Translations under genes and position numbers: made by a program
DNA from: Eledone cirrhosa
Lineage: Eukaryota
Length of the DNA: 64,000 nt
NCBI GenBank assembly: GCA_964016885.1
Contig: OZ024745.1
Location: forward strand, 117,862,001-117,926,000
Direction: 5' to 3'
Notes under the pieces: model-generated
Told to the model about the DNA's origin: nothing
The model's input: only the letters and a program-made list of their open reading frames with translations
Database searches by the model: none
In this document: piece after piece, positions 63,960 through 64,000 of the stretch
Layout: each line of letters opens with the position of its first letter
How positions within the stretch are numbered: position 1 is the first letter of the stretch

Positions 63960-64000
63960 TAATAGTGTGTTGTTAAATCTAGGTCTAAAATCTTTTAGGC

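Overview
Eukaryotic, very AT-rich and repeat-saturated DNA, most likely from an octopod cephalopod (inferred from the tRNA-derived SINE types and the multi-kb (TA)n tracts). About 40% of the window is (TA)n/(TG)n microsatellite, which produces nearly all the long 'IYIY' ORFs. The only convincing host gene is a 2.1 kb minus-strand exon (32354-34487) for a Ser/Thr-rich protein ending in a huckebein-like C2H2 finger, with a splice donor inside the TGE linker. The rest is transposon-derived: Penelope-like elements (PLEs), RTE, CR1, CRE and R4 LINE fragments, Helitrons (one nested in another, one inserted in a PLE), SINEs and MITEs. The most striking hidden layer is about 19 complete and several half type-I hammerhead ribozyme motifs, read by eye, in several sequence families. 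Two lie downstream of PLE GIY-YIG ORFs. Most lie in short non-coding units inside (TA)n, often as fold-back palindromes with a single-copy tail. They have palindromic stem III, long variable stem II, frequent AUA cleavage triplets and some non-canonical cores. Coordinates were counted by hand and may be off by a few bases; no activity or database evidence was available.
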